DNA of 64,000 nt, from positions 558,001-622,000 of the forward strand of contig CM074804.1 of NCBI GenBank assembly GCA_037447605.1, in the 5' to 3' direction. The stretch's first letter is position 1; each line of letters starts with the position of its first letter. Source of the stretch: Zygnema circumcarinatum SAG 698-1b. Its lineage: Eukaryota; Plantae; Zygnematophyceae. Under the pieces are notes generated by a model. It worked only from the letters and a program-made list of their open reading frames with translations, ran no database searches and was not told the origin of the DNA. Positions 41,060-54,265 of this stretch are shown here, one piece after another. A program made the translations under genes and the position numbers.

Positions 41060-44000
41060 TTAATCCTGGAGAGGGCGAAGGAGCGTGTTCAGCAGTTTCT
41101 TAGCCTTCGCCTCCACCGAAGGAGAACCATTATTGTCAGCGCCGAGAGAGGCCTCCTCCAGATTTGAAGATGGAGCAGCGGCGGAAGGCTCACTATTGGA
41201 AGAATCCGAAGGAACATTCGCGCTCTCCTCCGATCCAATCCGTTTCTTGGAGTGAACGAGGACATGCCCAAGACGCAATGCCAGAAGAAAGACTCCGAGT
41301 TTGAGCAAGGAACCGACATTGAAGTGTTCCTCTTTGAGGTCCTGCCCACAAGAAGGAATTGCGAGGTCAGCTTCCACAGTGAATTGAATGTGAACACAGT
41401 GACTAATGATGTTCATGATCAAGAACTAAACTAAATTTTATCGATCAATAGTCGTTATTGGTGTACGTGCCTAATCGTGAAATTAGAAAGCTTAGATTCA
41501 AACGAGAGGCAGCATATTTTTGTCTCCCTCGACGAGAAACGTGACTCTCCCAGATATCTACACGTAAAGAAGCTCTTGTTTTCCCATTCAATTCACGTGA
41601 ATTGAAAAGAAAAACAAAGGCCTCTCTCTCTTTTGAATTTAAGATTTCGTACACTCTAGTTAGTGGTACTTACCTTAAGTTTTCGACTAAGCCCGTAGCC
41701 CACTTTCACGACTTCCACCTCTTCAGGATCTGCCATGCACCGACTCTTATAACGCCCGAAAGGGCCTGAAAATCGCACTGTAAGGAGTCCATTCGCAGCG
41801 ATGCTTTCGACCCTGCAGTCATTGTCTCCACCAAAAAAAGCAGATCAAACCAACTGAACGAGAAGGCAAAAAATTCCTTCTTTCAATTTGTGATTAGAAA
41901 AAACCCCACTTCCCGTCACACCCGTTCCCATCTTGTGTTGAGCAGTGTGCATACTTTCCAGTAAGCCAGTTCCGCAATCCACCTCCCTTCTTTTCGTCTG
42001 GCCATTGAAATTTTGGCTTCACAATGTTTCCCTTCAGCCGAACTCTCTGCCCGACTGTGAAACCTTCCACTCTTTCCACTCTCTCATGGCGAGGATCCAA
42101 GTTCGGAGGATACAATTTCTGAAGTGTTTCACATCCAAAGAAAGCGACACCTATTGTACCATCACGGTTCACTTGTCTCACAATGCCGATAGAGGCAGGA
42201 CGTGCCATATTGTCCCCAGGTTCTAATTGGGCCCACCCGCTAAATTTCACCCAGTCGCCACAACCAAAACCGCTTGTAGATTTTTCGACTTTAGTTGGGT
42301 CGGCACGGTGGTAGGCAGAAGGGGTGGGTGAAGAGGAATCCGCTGTGAAAGAGAGGCCCAATAGCGCACTAGATTTGGAGACTTCCTTGACTTGTGCTTC
42401 CACTTGCGGGCTACGTAAGCAACAGTGAGGGAAGCAAAATGAGTCCTTTATGAGAGGATGTGGACTAGGCCAAGCCTATCTACATACACCAGCTCGAACC
42501 ACGCTTAGAAACGGAAAACATCTTCGCCGTTCAGCTTCAACATTCATCTACGTCCCTTGTACTTTTGTTCTTAGTTTTTGGAATGGACTCTGCATATTGT
42601 ATTACTGATTAAAATTTGTTGGCCCCATATTCCTTTCTGTTCCTTTCGGCAAGTTCTGGCTTGACCATCTAGGCTAGAGTTCCATGCATATACCAACCGG
42701 AACTGATGCAAGACATAAAGAAAAGACAAGCAAGGTGTGTCCTATAAAGAGGAGACTCCAACCTGTATCCACACCAACCAAAGCGAGGCGGCACTGTATG
42801 CCCTTTGCCACTGTCAGCCTTTTGCTTCAGCCGAACAGTATCTCCCACTGTGAAGGGATCCTGCACGCTCCTCATGTTCTATTGTCAAGACGAAACTATT
42901 CAAGCAAGTGAGCTTCTCAGAATACTTGAACATGTAAAGGATCAAAGAGAAACCATTCGTCTATAGCAAAGCGTTCCTTACCTTGACAAGGCCCAAAACA
43001 GCGCTCTGTTTGCATGTGATGGTATCACCTGCTCTCCGGTCACAAATCTGCACCTCGACTGCAGCACAGTTGGGGACGGCGGCCACTACGCCCATTCTCG
43101 GTGGGCCATTTGGCGGCACCTTTACAAAAGCCCAGTCACCCTCGTAGCACAGCTGCCTCGGCCTGCAACATTCATCTTTGATCGCATATGTCAAACAATG
43201 CTATCTGACTGCAAGAAATGCCATTACGTTACGAGTCTTCACTTTAACTCCTACCTAGTCTTTCATAATCAAGGTGTTTATGAAGACAGAAACAAACAAA
43301 AAGGAATCCGACGAGCACGGGAAGACTTGCAAAGTGTTGAAAATCTATCCATCCAAATAGTCACATCAGTTTGAGAAAGTGCAATAGAACCTGAGAAAAG
43401 TTCTTTCGAGCATGTGAAAAGATGGACGTTCGCTTGGATCGTAGGTGAAACAGCTCGCCAGTACGCTTCTCAAAGCGAACGGAAGATCGGGCGGCAGTTG
43501 AGGCCTCTCTTTTTTCACGACGACCGCTTCAAATATCTCGGAAGGCTTAAGACCAGCCCAAGGTTGGCGTCCTGCATTGGAATTCCTCGAGATAAGACTG
43601 GAGAATATGCTACACTCCAAACATCACAAGTGGTCTTGCCGTCAAAGTCTTCCCAATAGCGACATCTTGAAAATGCGTGGAGGGGAAACTTGAGCATACC
43701 TGTCATCATCTCGATGGCAGTGCAGGCAAAACCCCATACATCACTCTCCTCACGTAATGGACCTCGAATAGCAGGTGCCCATTGCTCAGGAGCCATGTAA
43801 TTGGGAGTTCCCAACCATTGCATCACTCGCAAACTGTATCCTTCGACGGTAGAATGATGGTCTAGACAGAAGTTCTCTGCATCAAAACTACGGTTCTTTC
43901 AGGGGCTCGTTGAAGATCATGTGTCCAAAGCTTACACGTTATGAAAAAAATCCCGTACCTTACACTTCACTTTGCTATAGCAACCGCTACCAGCTTTGTA

Positions 44001-45335
44001 AAAAAAACTCTGCTTGTTTCCTCGCAGCCAGATGCCACTTAAGCATAGCGTATTTCACCGGGAAGTGAACGGCGTTCCTTATGGAAATGAAGATTTTAGC
44101 AGACACGACAAAAGATAGTTAACTCGTACCTGCAAGTAGCCAAGGGATACCAAAGGCTCCAACTACCGCATTTCCTTGTTCGTCCACCAGGACGTTGGAA
44201 GGTCTTAGGTTTAAAGAAAGTACTTCTTTTTCGTGGAGAATTCGGATGCTTCGGCAGATTTGTGCTCCAAACCTGACCCTCCTCAGAGTAAAATTAAACG
44301 CAAATAATGTCCTTGCAGGTGGTTTTCCATCTAATTGAGAGAGGAAACAAGCTCTGGAAATAAATGATGTACATTTCAAAGCTGCTCACCGAAGAACTTC
44401 TTGCATCTGGAGCCGCTCTCCCGGTTTTGATATCATAATGTCGAGGATAGACCTCTTGTAAATCGGCGTGAGGATTCCAATCTGGCAGTTGCATAAATCC
44501 CTCGTTCAGGTGCCCTTCCAAATTTAAGTGTGTAAATTTGAATTCTTTCATATAATGGACTGTGCTTTGTCAATCAAACAGACCAGAATAAAAGAAACAC
44601 GAAACATATCCGCTGGAATTTTACTGAGTTTATGGACTTATGTGGAACATTCCCCAATGCTTATTCATACCATACCATACGATGCATGTCATTTCGATTT
44701 GTAACAGGAACATCCCTCCAAGTGAAGTCCAGGTTGGCTTAAAAAGAAAATTTCTAAACTACTCATCCATCCGCTCCTTAATAATTGCAAATCGATACAA
44801 GTAGAATGAGAAGATAGTTGGAACAAGCTTCAGCAGATCGTGCAAATCAATAAGGCCCTTGCTTATCGTGGTTTAAACTTAATTGAGCGTAGACAAATTG
44901 ATTGGAATATACAGTTTGAAAGATTTCTTCGAATTCAAGTACCCGGCCATCATCCAAAATTGTGTAGGACTGTGGATAGCAAACATCGCTGGAACTGCAG
45001 AATCTTAGCGCTTGAACCAGGCGATTAACCCGCTCTACAAATCGTAACGAGGGACGATTGCCAGCAGTGTCCTCTCGCCGTGGCAGGATCTTCAAGACTG
45101 CCTCAATTGAATCTTCGAGTCCGTTTCCGTTCATTCGCAATCGCACCAACCAGGTTTCTCCAAACTCTCCCAGACCAATCCTGTACACCAGTGTGATTTT
45201 CCTTGCAGGTGTTTCGCCAGTCTCAAAGGCATCAGCAGAATCGCTTGGAGCCCCCGCCATGGTCCATTCCTCAGGTGTAGAGACTCCTCCCTCGCCAATT
45301 TCAGTGTCTTGCTGCCGTCCTCCTCCCTTCGCCAT
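41060..45335 (-). CDS. KEG-related kinase-like protein with C-terminal HERC2-like/SH3 repeats (At4g32250-like)
   Basis: RIGLGEFGETWL..AVLKIL; LHEKEVLSLNLRPSNVLVD; LGTPNYMAPEQW..ESDVWGFAC; CFTYDPSERP; GDWVK..IGIV..VAFFG; VGQRVRL..PKFQW; MADPEEVE; hydrophobic LLKLGVFLLALRLG; stop 41060. Start at 45335 or 45260. Confidence 0.88.
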
Positions 45336-46290
45336 CGTTAGTTCGTCACAAAAATCCTTTCGAAAACCTCTTCACGAGCTTGCAGAGCTTTTAGATTGTC
45401 AATAAGGCTTTCCAAGGTTGCCCTTGGAGACCTCAGTCCTATCTTGCAGAAAGTTCCGAGATGTATATAACCAGCCACCTCCTGCTTCAAAGCTCCACCA
45501 CAAATGGCCCCTCCAGCGCCCCTCTCCACCCGAGGGTAATTCTGCGATCCCCAAGGGAGGCGAGACGGCCATGCAGCGCCCGAGAAGCTTCCAGCGCCGC
45601 CATGGCGGCCGCTTCCATGTCCCTTCAATGCATGCAAAGCAGACGCAGGCCTCTGTCCGGCGGCCTTTGGAGAAAGTTTTTTTGCTCCTCTATGGCCAGC
45701 TCAAAGAAGGGGAGCATATGCTCCAATAGGCGTTCGTCACGTGGCATTCTTGGCCAATATGGCTCGAAAATTTCATTTTCGCAGAGGGAGAGAGGGAGGG
45801 CCTTGATTGGGAAGGGAAGGGCCACTNNNNNNNNNNGGGCTAGCCAGTGGCGAGACGCCGCGTGGCTTATGTTAGCCCGTGGCGGTTTACCACGTGGCCA
45901 TTCCGCTGATATCTGTCAGCGCTAAGAGTGTCTAGCGGGCCCGCCGCATCTGGCGGGCCGACTAGCCGCGCATGCAACATTAGTAGTGTCGTACATACGA
46001 CGCGCGCATACGACGCGCTTATGCCGCTTATGCGCTCCGACCGACACGCGCGCGCGGCGCGTCGCCAAAGGCGGCGCGCGTCCGTACAGCGCGTGGTCCT
46101 AATATGTCGGCCAGTCCGACAGTCCGATCTCGGACATAATCCGACAATCAGTACGGACGAACCGTTCGGAGATCTCCGTGGTGCGCGGAGCGCCACGGTG
46201 GCTGTCACGTTTCGCTACACAAGCATCCCCCTCCTCCCTCCCCCCTCTCGCCCGTCCTCTCCCTCTCCGTCCCCGCCTAAACATTCAAAG

Positions 46291-46345
46291 CATTTACGAT
46301 TAGGGTTAGAATGAGGGTTACAATTAGGGTTAGAATTAAGGTTCC
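46291..46345 (+). repeat. Short degenerate TTAGGG-like patch (duplicated at ~47852-47899)
   Basis: gattagggttagaatgagggttacaattagggttagaattaagg. Confidence 0.6.
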
Positions 46346-46663
46346 CACCACTTAGACGAGCAGCAGAAGAAGCAGCTTCTTTTTGTCTCCGCCGTCGACC
46401 GCAGAGAGAGAAAGAGACCGCGCCGCCTCCTGCCCAACGGAAAGGAACGGAGGCGTGCATGGAACGGTCGAGACAGTTCTAAACGGTCACATTTTCTAAA
46501 TTCACATCTAACGCGCTTCATGTCAGTTGTTTGAGTGAACTGGTTCCACGTGATTGAGGGTGGAAGTGCCATCCTTAGGTAGTGTGGCAACGCAATGGGA
46601 ATTTGTCAATTACTGAAGTCTTAGCTTCTTTCTTTTGTGATTTGGTCCTTTGCGCCCAGTTTA

Positions 46664-47550
46664 CGATGCATGTCATTTCGATTTGTAACAGAACCATCCC
46701 TCCAAGTGAAGTCCGGGTTTGCTTAAAGAGAAAATATCTAAACTACTCACCCATCCGCTCCTCAAATATTTTGCAATTCTATACAAGTAGAATGAGGAGA
46801 TAGTTGGAACAAACTTCAGCAGATAGTGGAAATCAATAAGACCCTTGCTTATCATGGTTTAAACTTAATTTACCGCAGACAAACCGATTGGAATACACAG
46901 TTTGGAAGGTTTTCGAATTCAAGTACCCGGCCATCATCCAAAATTGTGTAGGACTATGGATAGCAAACATCGCCGGGCCTGCAGGATATAAGCGCTTGAA
47001 GCAGGCGATTAACCCGCTCTACAAATCGTGACGAGGGATGATTGCCAGCAGTGTCCTCTCGCCGCGGAAGAATCTTCAAGACTGCCTCAACGGAATCTGC
47101 GAGTCCGTTTGCGTTCATTCGCAGTCGCACCAACCATGTTTCTCCAAACTCTCCCAGACCAATCCGGTCCACCAGTGTGATTTTCCTTGCAGATGTTTCG
47201 TCAGTCTAAAAGGCATCAGCAGAATCGCTTGGAGCCCCCGCCATGGTCCATTTCTCAGATGTAGAGACTCCTCCCTCGCCAATTTTAGTGTCTTGCTGCC
47301 GTTCTCCTCCGTTCGTCACAAAAATCCTTTCGAAAACCTCTTCACGAGCTGGCAGAGCTTTTAGATCGTCAATAAGGCTTTCCAAGGTTGCCCTTGGAGA
47401 CCTCAGTCCTACCTTGCAGAAAGTTCCGAGATGTATATAACCAGCCACCTCCTGCTTCAAAGCTCCACCACAAATGGCCCCTCCAGTGCCCCTCTTCACC
47501 CGAAGGTAATCCCCCGTTCCCCAAGGGAGGCGAGACGGCCATGCAGCGCC
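46664..47550 (-). pseudogene. Partial duplicate 2 of kinase exon 1 + intron 1 + upstream sequence
   Basis: Homologous to 44683-45570 with scattered substitutions; premature stop GCC TTT TAG where the gene has GAG; lacks the 14 nt carrying the 45335 ATG; no downstream exons. Confidence 0.85.
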
Positions 47551-47826
47551 GAGGGAGAGAGGGAGGAAATCTTTCCCATTCAAATGCCAAGGTCAACTTC
47601 ATAGCTTAGCTCATAACTTCCGAAGCCTTGCTTCTTATGTCATCAAAAAAATTTGGCAGCTGCCTCCCACTGCGCTACCTTATCAAGAACAGTTGAAGCG
47701 GAAAACTGGAGTCGATACTTTGCCGGTCGGAATACGTAGTCTCCAGGTACAGAGGAGTTCTTTTTCATATATGCCGATAAGATAGGGAAATAAAGATCCC
47801 CGTTTATTGGGAGCGGNNNNNNNNNN

Positions 47827-49350
47827 CCGCCTAAACATTCAAAGCATTTACGATTAGGGTTAGAATGAGGGTTACAATTAGGGTTAGAATTAAGGTTCCC
47901 ACCACTTAGACGAGCAGCAGAAGAAGCAGCTTCTTTTTGTCTCCGCCGTCGACCGCAGAGAGAGAAAGAGACCGCGCCGCCTCCTGCCCAACGGAAAGGA
48001 ACGGAGGCGTGCATGGAACGGTCGAGACAGTTCTAAACGGTCACATTTTCTAAATTCACATCTAACGCGCTTCATGTCAGTTGTTTGAGTGAACTGGTTC
48101 CACGTGATTGAGGGTGGAAGTGCCATCCTTAGGTAGTGTGGCAACGCAATGGGAATTTGTCAATTACTGAAGTCTTAGCTTCTTTCTTTTGTGATTTGGT
48201 CCTTTGCGCCCAGTTTACGATGCATGTCATTTCGATTTGTAACAGAACCATCCCTCCAAGTGAAGTCCGGGTTTGCTTAAAGAGAAAATATCTAAACTAC
48301 TCACCCATCCGCTCCTCAAATATTTTGCAATTCTATACAAGTAGAATGAGGAGATAGTTGGAACAAACTTCAGCAGATAGTGGAAATCAATAAGACCCTT
48401 GCTTATCATGGTTTAAACTTAATTTACCGCAGACAAACCGATTGGAATACACAGTTTGGAAGGTTTTCGAATTCAAGTACCCGGCCATCATCCAAAATTG
48501 TGTAGGACTATGGATAGCAAACATCGCCGGGCCTGCAGGATATAAGCGCTTGAAGCAGGCGATTAACCCGCTCTACAAATCGTGACGAGGGATGATTGCC
48601 AGCAGTGTCCTCTCGCCGCGGAAGAATCTTCAAGACTGCCTCAACGGAATCTGCGAGTCCGTTTGCGTTCATTCGCAGTCGCACCAACCATGTTTCTCCA
48701 AACTCTCCCAGACCAATCCGGTCCACCAGTGTGATTTTCCTTGCAGATGTTTCGTCAGTCTAAAAGGCATCAGCAGAATCGCTTGGAGCCCCCGCCATGG
48801 TCCATTTCTCAGATGTAGAGACTCCTCCCTCGCCAATTTTAGTGTCTTGCTGCCGTTCTCCTCCGTTCGTCACAAAAATCCTTTCGAAAACCTCTTCACG
48901 AGCTGGCAGAGCTTTTAGATCGTCAATAAGGCTTTCCAAGGTTGCCCTTGGAGACCTCAGTCCTACCTTGCAGAAAGTTCCGAGATGTATATAACCAGCC
49001 ACCTCCTGCTTCAAAGCTCCACCACAAATGGCCCCTCCAGCGCCCCTCTCCACCCGAGGGTAATTCTGCGATCCCCAAGGGAGGCGAGACGGCCATGCAG
49101 CGCCCGAGAAGCTTCCAGCGCCGCCATGGCGGCCGCTTCCATGTCCCTTCAATGCATGCAAAGCAGACGCAGGCCTCTGTCCGGCGGCCTTTGGAGAAAG
49201 TTTTTTTGCTCCTCTATGGCCAGCTCAAAGAAGGGGAGCATATGCTCCAATAGGCGTTCGTCACGTGGCATTCTTGGCCAATATGGCTCGAAAATTTCAT
49301 TTTCGCAGAGGGAGAGAGGGAGGGCCTTGATTGGGAAGGGAAGGGCCACT
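47827..49350 (-). pseudogene. Partial duplicate 3 (tandem unit offset 1554 bp from 46273-47500)
   Basis: ORF translations at 46336/47890, 46954/48508 and 47038/48592 are identical; right part 49040-49349 matches 45500-45826. Begins at an N gap. Confidence 0.8.
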
Positions 49351-49694
49351 TTTGTACTTTTATTCAAATTTAAATTATTGGGAAAGTTGGTCGTCATCGT
49401 GAAAACAAACGCTTCACGCGTGGTTTCATCGCATGCATGCTCGTACAATAATCAGACCGGTTTGTTGACGTGAAAATCCATTAGAGCAGTCTATGAGCGC
49501 TGGGAAATATAGAACCAACAGGTGAATTTTGAGTAATAAGCAAATCCGAGAGGGGGGGGCTTATTTCCGGAGAGAGAGAGTGGTCTTTTGTTGATAGAGA
49601 GAGGAGTGGCTTTTGCGTTGTTGGTTTTTTGGCTTTGTTGGTTTTCGCTCGTGATTTTGGAGGCAGAAGAAGTGTTTGTTGATAGCCACATGAC

Positions 49695-50156
49695 AATGAC
49701 TGCAACCATTGGATCCAATGGTTGGTTGGATCGGGAATGAACGGTTTGCAAATCGCATCCATTCCAATGGTTGGTCCAACCCATGGCCCGTCCAACCCAT
49801 GGCCCGAAATGTTTTCGGCTGCCGTGTCCGTCCGCGATTGGGCGAGCGTCGGCTGGGCAGCTGAGATTCTTTCTGTTCCTCCCCCGCTGCGAGTACTGCC
49901 AGGTGCAGCCCCCCTTCGTCACATCAGGTCTCGTCACGTCACGCATACCGTACGCAATCATCCTCACGGTGGTGGCGCCACCAGTATATCCGTACAGTTT
50001 GATCCACATTGCAGATGAGGTAGGCGCATGGCCTGCCGGTTTGGATCACACCTTTCTTCTCCGAGCAGCACGCGGCCAAACTTGAGCTGCCCGGACGACG
50101 CTCGCGCAATCGCTGACGGACACGTTAGCCGAAAACATTTCAGAGCTGTCCGCGGT
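49695..50156. mobile_element. Dispersed repeat family A, copy 2 (inverted relative to 4261-4738)
   Basis: Internal inverted repeats 49807.. / ..50140; perfect 22-bp palindrome CAACCATTGGATCCAATGGTTG near 49703; ORF translations 49722/49771 parallel 4343/4540. Confidence 0.65.
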
Positions 50157-50265
50157 CCGCAATTTAGGGGAAAAGTTAGGGTTTTGTCCAATCTATTAAT
50201 CGTTGGAACTAACGTCGAGAATGCGCGGTTGCTTCTAGGGCTGCGTTGTTGAGCCGAGGCTTGAT

Positions 50266-50384
50266 TTTCCGCTCTTAGCTTTTTCTTTTGTGCTTAGGTC
50301 CTTTGCGACCAGTTCCTCGTGGTTCCCCATACTGCTTTTGTCCATGTACATTTGATGGCCTCGCCATCGAGAGTTTAATGAAAC
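50266..50384 (+). repeat. Dispersed repeat family B (~120 bp)
   Basis: Aligns to the reverse complement of 58582-58699 including an identical TGCTTTTGTCCATGTACATTTGATGGCCTCGCCATCG; ~45-bp partial copies at 46620-46662 and 48174-48216. Confidence 0.85.
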
Positions 50385-51164
50385 TTCCTTCGTGTATTGC
50401 GAGCGAAACATGTCATGGTTGCGAAAGAAACACAGCTTGACTTCCCCTCAAAGCGAAGCTGCGCCCAATAATGAATCCTACCTACAAATGCAACCCAAAA
50501 ATGAGTTTTAAAATGAAACAAATATGAACTAATCTGGAATCCAAACATCCACAATGGCACACCTGGATACACAAGGCATCCACATGAAGTGTGTGTGCAA
50601 GCAAAAGCTAGAGGGGCTCGGGAATTAAAAGTTTCATCTGCCATTTGACCACGGGTTGCACATGCTGCTTTTTTAGTGGCAAGCATAGCAGTCAAAGGTA
50701 TGGATTAAGATGCATACTACGAAATATTTTCCTTTGAAAAGCACTAAATGAGGTGAGACACCATTCACATCGAGATGGATTGAACAGATGCCAAGGTGCC
50801 AGCCATGGCCACCATCTGCCAGTGCATGGACACAGCTATTGTCAGTCAGTCTGCAGCTTTTGATTGGCTGGTTCATGGGAGCAAGTTAACAGGTGATTGA
50901 CATATTTGCGACCCCTTCCAAGATTGGGAAGGTTGAATTAAGGACGAAGGTCAACAACAGTACATTTAATCAAAGCTACCAACCCAGTCCATGCCACACT
51001 CTGAAGCAGAGCCATCAGAAGATGTGCGCATAGCATGTGATATGAGAACAAGGAAAAATCAGAATAGGTATGTGTCTCCTCTTGGCCAGCCCCCACTATA
51101 AAAATTTCAGAAAAGCCATGGATAGGCCTTCTTTCCAGGCGAAAGAACTGCCTCCAAACGAAAG

Positions 51165-51344
51165 TTACATCTTTGCAGCTTCCACCAGGACTTCACGGAG
51201 GACCTCTCCAATCCTGCTTATTTTGGCTCTCGAGAAGAGAGGTGCAGCGTAGATAAGCTGGAGGTGAAGATCTCCACCCTGCAGAATGAGAAGGACCAAT
51301 CAGGATCTATTCTTCTTTCTCTTCACAGAAAGAAACTACCAATG

Positions 51345-51375
<31 letters not shown>

Positions 51376-54265
51376 AGAGAGCAAGCGAGAGGAGGAAGAT
51401 AATGCGAAAGAAAAATACCTGAACAGGTTAACGACAAAATTACATCATGCTACACTAATAAAGAAGAAATGTAGGCACCTGCATGTTGTCCCCCATGGCG
51501 ATGCAGGGACCGATTCCATGCATAGAGATGCATGGCCCGTCAAAATCAAGAATTTTAATGCATTTTGTTGTAAAATTAACAGAGTGTGGAGCATCCGTCA
51601 TTGCCGAAAAGAGAGATGTCCGGAGAGAAGCTTCGGGCGTAATAGTTGGGTGACTCAAAACCTGCACATGAAGAAAATCAAGCCTTTTGTTGCATGTACA
51701 AGTGAAGGTCAACATGAACAGCCAGCCATACAATAAATAACAATGGGCAATTTGCTTGTAGAAGCTGCGTACCGTGGAAAAAAGTTTATCGAGGACTGAC
51801 ATGTCCTTGAATATCGTCTGCTTGGCCACATTCTCTTCAGCTGCAGTTGAAAAGTGGCGCGCCATTTCCCAAAAGAGTGTGCTTTCATTGACATTGTAGC
51901 ACATTGGCAATCCCAAAGTGTAACTTCCAACAGCTTTCTCCCCCAATGGCGGTTCGACAAGCGCACGAACATTCGTTAAACTGTAGGTGTAGCACATGGA
52001 GCCAGTAGACAGTCACCGTCAAACCACATTCAAATAAAGAGACATAACGATTGTTTCAAACGAACAGAAGTTGAAAAATTGAACAGATGTACGACAATTG
52101 CGTTGAATTAAGAGCAGCATGAAAGGATCATTCAGTCTAATTCTGCAGAAGCATTGAAGGCTTAAAGGTTTAGACTTTTCCAGGTTCGGAAAAACCAAAC
52201 CGGTTGCACGAACCTTGTCAGCTGGAATTCTTCCCTGGTGTTTGAGAGGCCTTTGACCTTTGCCACCGCTGAGAGCATTCCCGCACACTCCATGCCGAAC
52301 ACAGAGCAGTTGTGCTGAGCACAGGCCTTAACTAGCTCTTTGGTGACTGCAGACAAAAGCCACCAATCTCATAAAAATACAACCTAGAAGCACACGCAAG
52401 TTGTCAGGGAATCAGCGAACACAGATGAGGAAGAAGAGCGACTTCACAGTAGGAGATGATGTTTACCATGAGTTCCAAGCCGGACTTCCACATATTCCGT
52501 GTGAAAATGGTTCTTGCGATGGTCGGAGCAGCCAGGCTCAAACGGCAGCAGAGCCGCTTTCATGGCATGGCGAACATACCCAACCGTGTCCAATGCCTTC
52601 GAAATGAAGCTCTTCCCTTTGATATCCTTCGGGAGCATCTCGAGGAGAGGTTCAGGCAGTTCCAGGCTGCATTCGAAATGACAAGAGTCAGACATTGGTT
52701 AAGATTCTTGTTACGGCATCGAGAAGCCGGGGCACAAAAGGAAAGGTGAACTAACTGATTATGTTTCAAGTTATACTGGGAAACTTCTCAATGTGAGAAG
52801 ACGTGCACCTTGCAGGCTGTTTGACGGAAGGGTGGCCAGCAATGGCAGCATCCAGATTCGAGAGGAGGGTCTCCCCAACCACCACAGCACTGCGTCGATC
52901 AAATGAGCTGCCATAGAGGCGGAGGATGAGGAAGGTAGTGTTTGGCTGGCTGTATGTGTGAATCTGCAGAAACGCATGAGCAGGTGCAAGAGATGATCCT
53001 TCGTCATCTATCTCCGCAATGCTGCAACGATGATAGGTTCGGCGTAGCAGCTGAAACTGAGCATGTGAATTCTCCTACTGAACAGAAACTGCCAGTCCAA
53101 TGGAGTTACATATGCTCCTAATAGACTAGATATCGGCATAATCAGGACCTCCAAAGTAGCTGTTGGATTGTGCCTTACCTCAGCAACAGACGCCCCGTGC
53201 TCTAGTTCTGCAAACTGAGAGTTGAGTTCCCTCTCCACTATGAGGTGAAGTTCTGACAAATCCTTTTGATTTGCATGCGAGCCTTCGGCCAGAGGCCATG
53301 GGCAAGCGGTTACTGCTCCCGCCCATGGCCCCTCCTTCAGGACATACTCGTACTTGTCTTTACCCTTCTTCACAACCTTTGCACCAAGAAACGGAATCTC
53401 CTTCGCAGTGGCGGCAGCTGCTTCTTCCACCTGCAAATATAAACATGTTAACCTTCAAATCTACAGGATTTCACACTCTTGTGACACAATTTTTTCGACA
53501 AAAGTTGGAATACATCAGGAACTCGGTCGGAAGCCTCTTTCTCATGGATGATGTAAATGCCGTTCTATATCACATAACATCAAAATCAGCTCGCATAACG
53601 TTGCACGTGATCAAGGTGAGCGAGAAAAAACGGGTGCAACACTGGCGTTGCAACAGAAGTTTGTTGTCGATGTCACTAAAAATGTATGAGAAGCTACTGC
53701 CATTGAACCATAAACTGATATGATGCCTGATGTCTGTAAGTTTATAAAGGACAACACTACTTACACTAGACGGAAAATAGCGAGCAAAATATGAATCTCT
53801 CACGTATAGAAACCAAAACTGTGCAATTCAAACTGGGCAGGGTTCGGATGCAGTCAGAGTTACGAAAACTTTGAGTGGAGTTTTCCTCAAACAAGCATTT
53901 CAGAACTCCCCGAAACGAAATACCAAAACTGCCAGATTTTTGCAAACCTTCATCCTATCAACTGGCCCTTCAATAGCAAATCCTTGCACGGAGATGCCTG
54001 TGCCCAACTCCATGGCCCGTGCCCATAGCTCCTCTGCGCCGTTCAATGCACGACTCAAGACGCGTCCCTCAGCCATTCTTGCAGATAACCTTCCTCTCGT
54101 TCCCTCCTCTCCGTCAGGATAGAACCTCACTCGACTCTCCAGGAAAACGTTCCCTTCCCCTTCCCCTCACCCTCCTCTATCTCTCTCTGTCCCTCGCTTT
54201 ACCTTGTCTGCTGCATCTTTCTTGCCGCTGAAGCTCCCTGTGCTCTATATAGCGCCTCCTCCATG
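51165..54265 (-). CDS. Condensation-domain / CoA-dependent acyltransferase-like protein (At3g52610-like), multi-exon
   Basis: RALNGAEELWARAMELGTGISV; ELVKACAQHNCSVFG; NVRALVEPPL..FWEMAR..FKDMSVL; TPEASLRTSLFS; SMHGIGPCIAMGD; LQLIYAAPLLSR..* at 51165. These parallel the plant family motifs as I recall them. Confidence 0.8.

Noticed and set aside
45338-45825. ORFs upstream of the kinase as an N-terminal extension or separate gene
   Set aside because: Out of frame with the intact kinase, interrupted by stops, and no family recognised.
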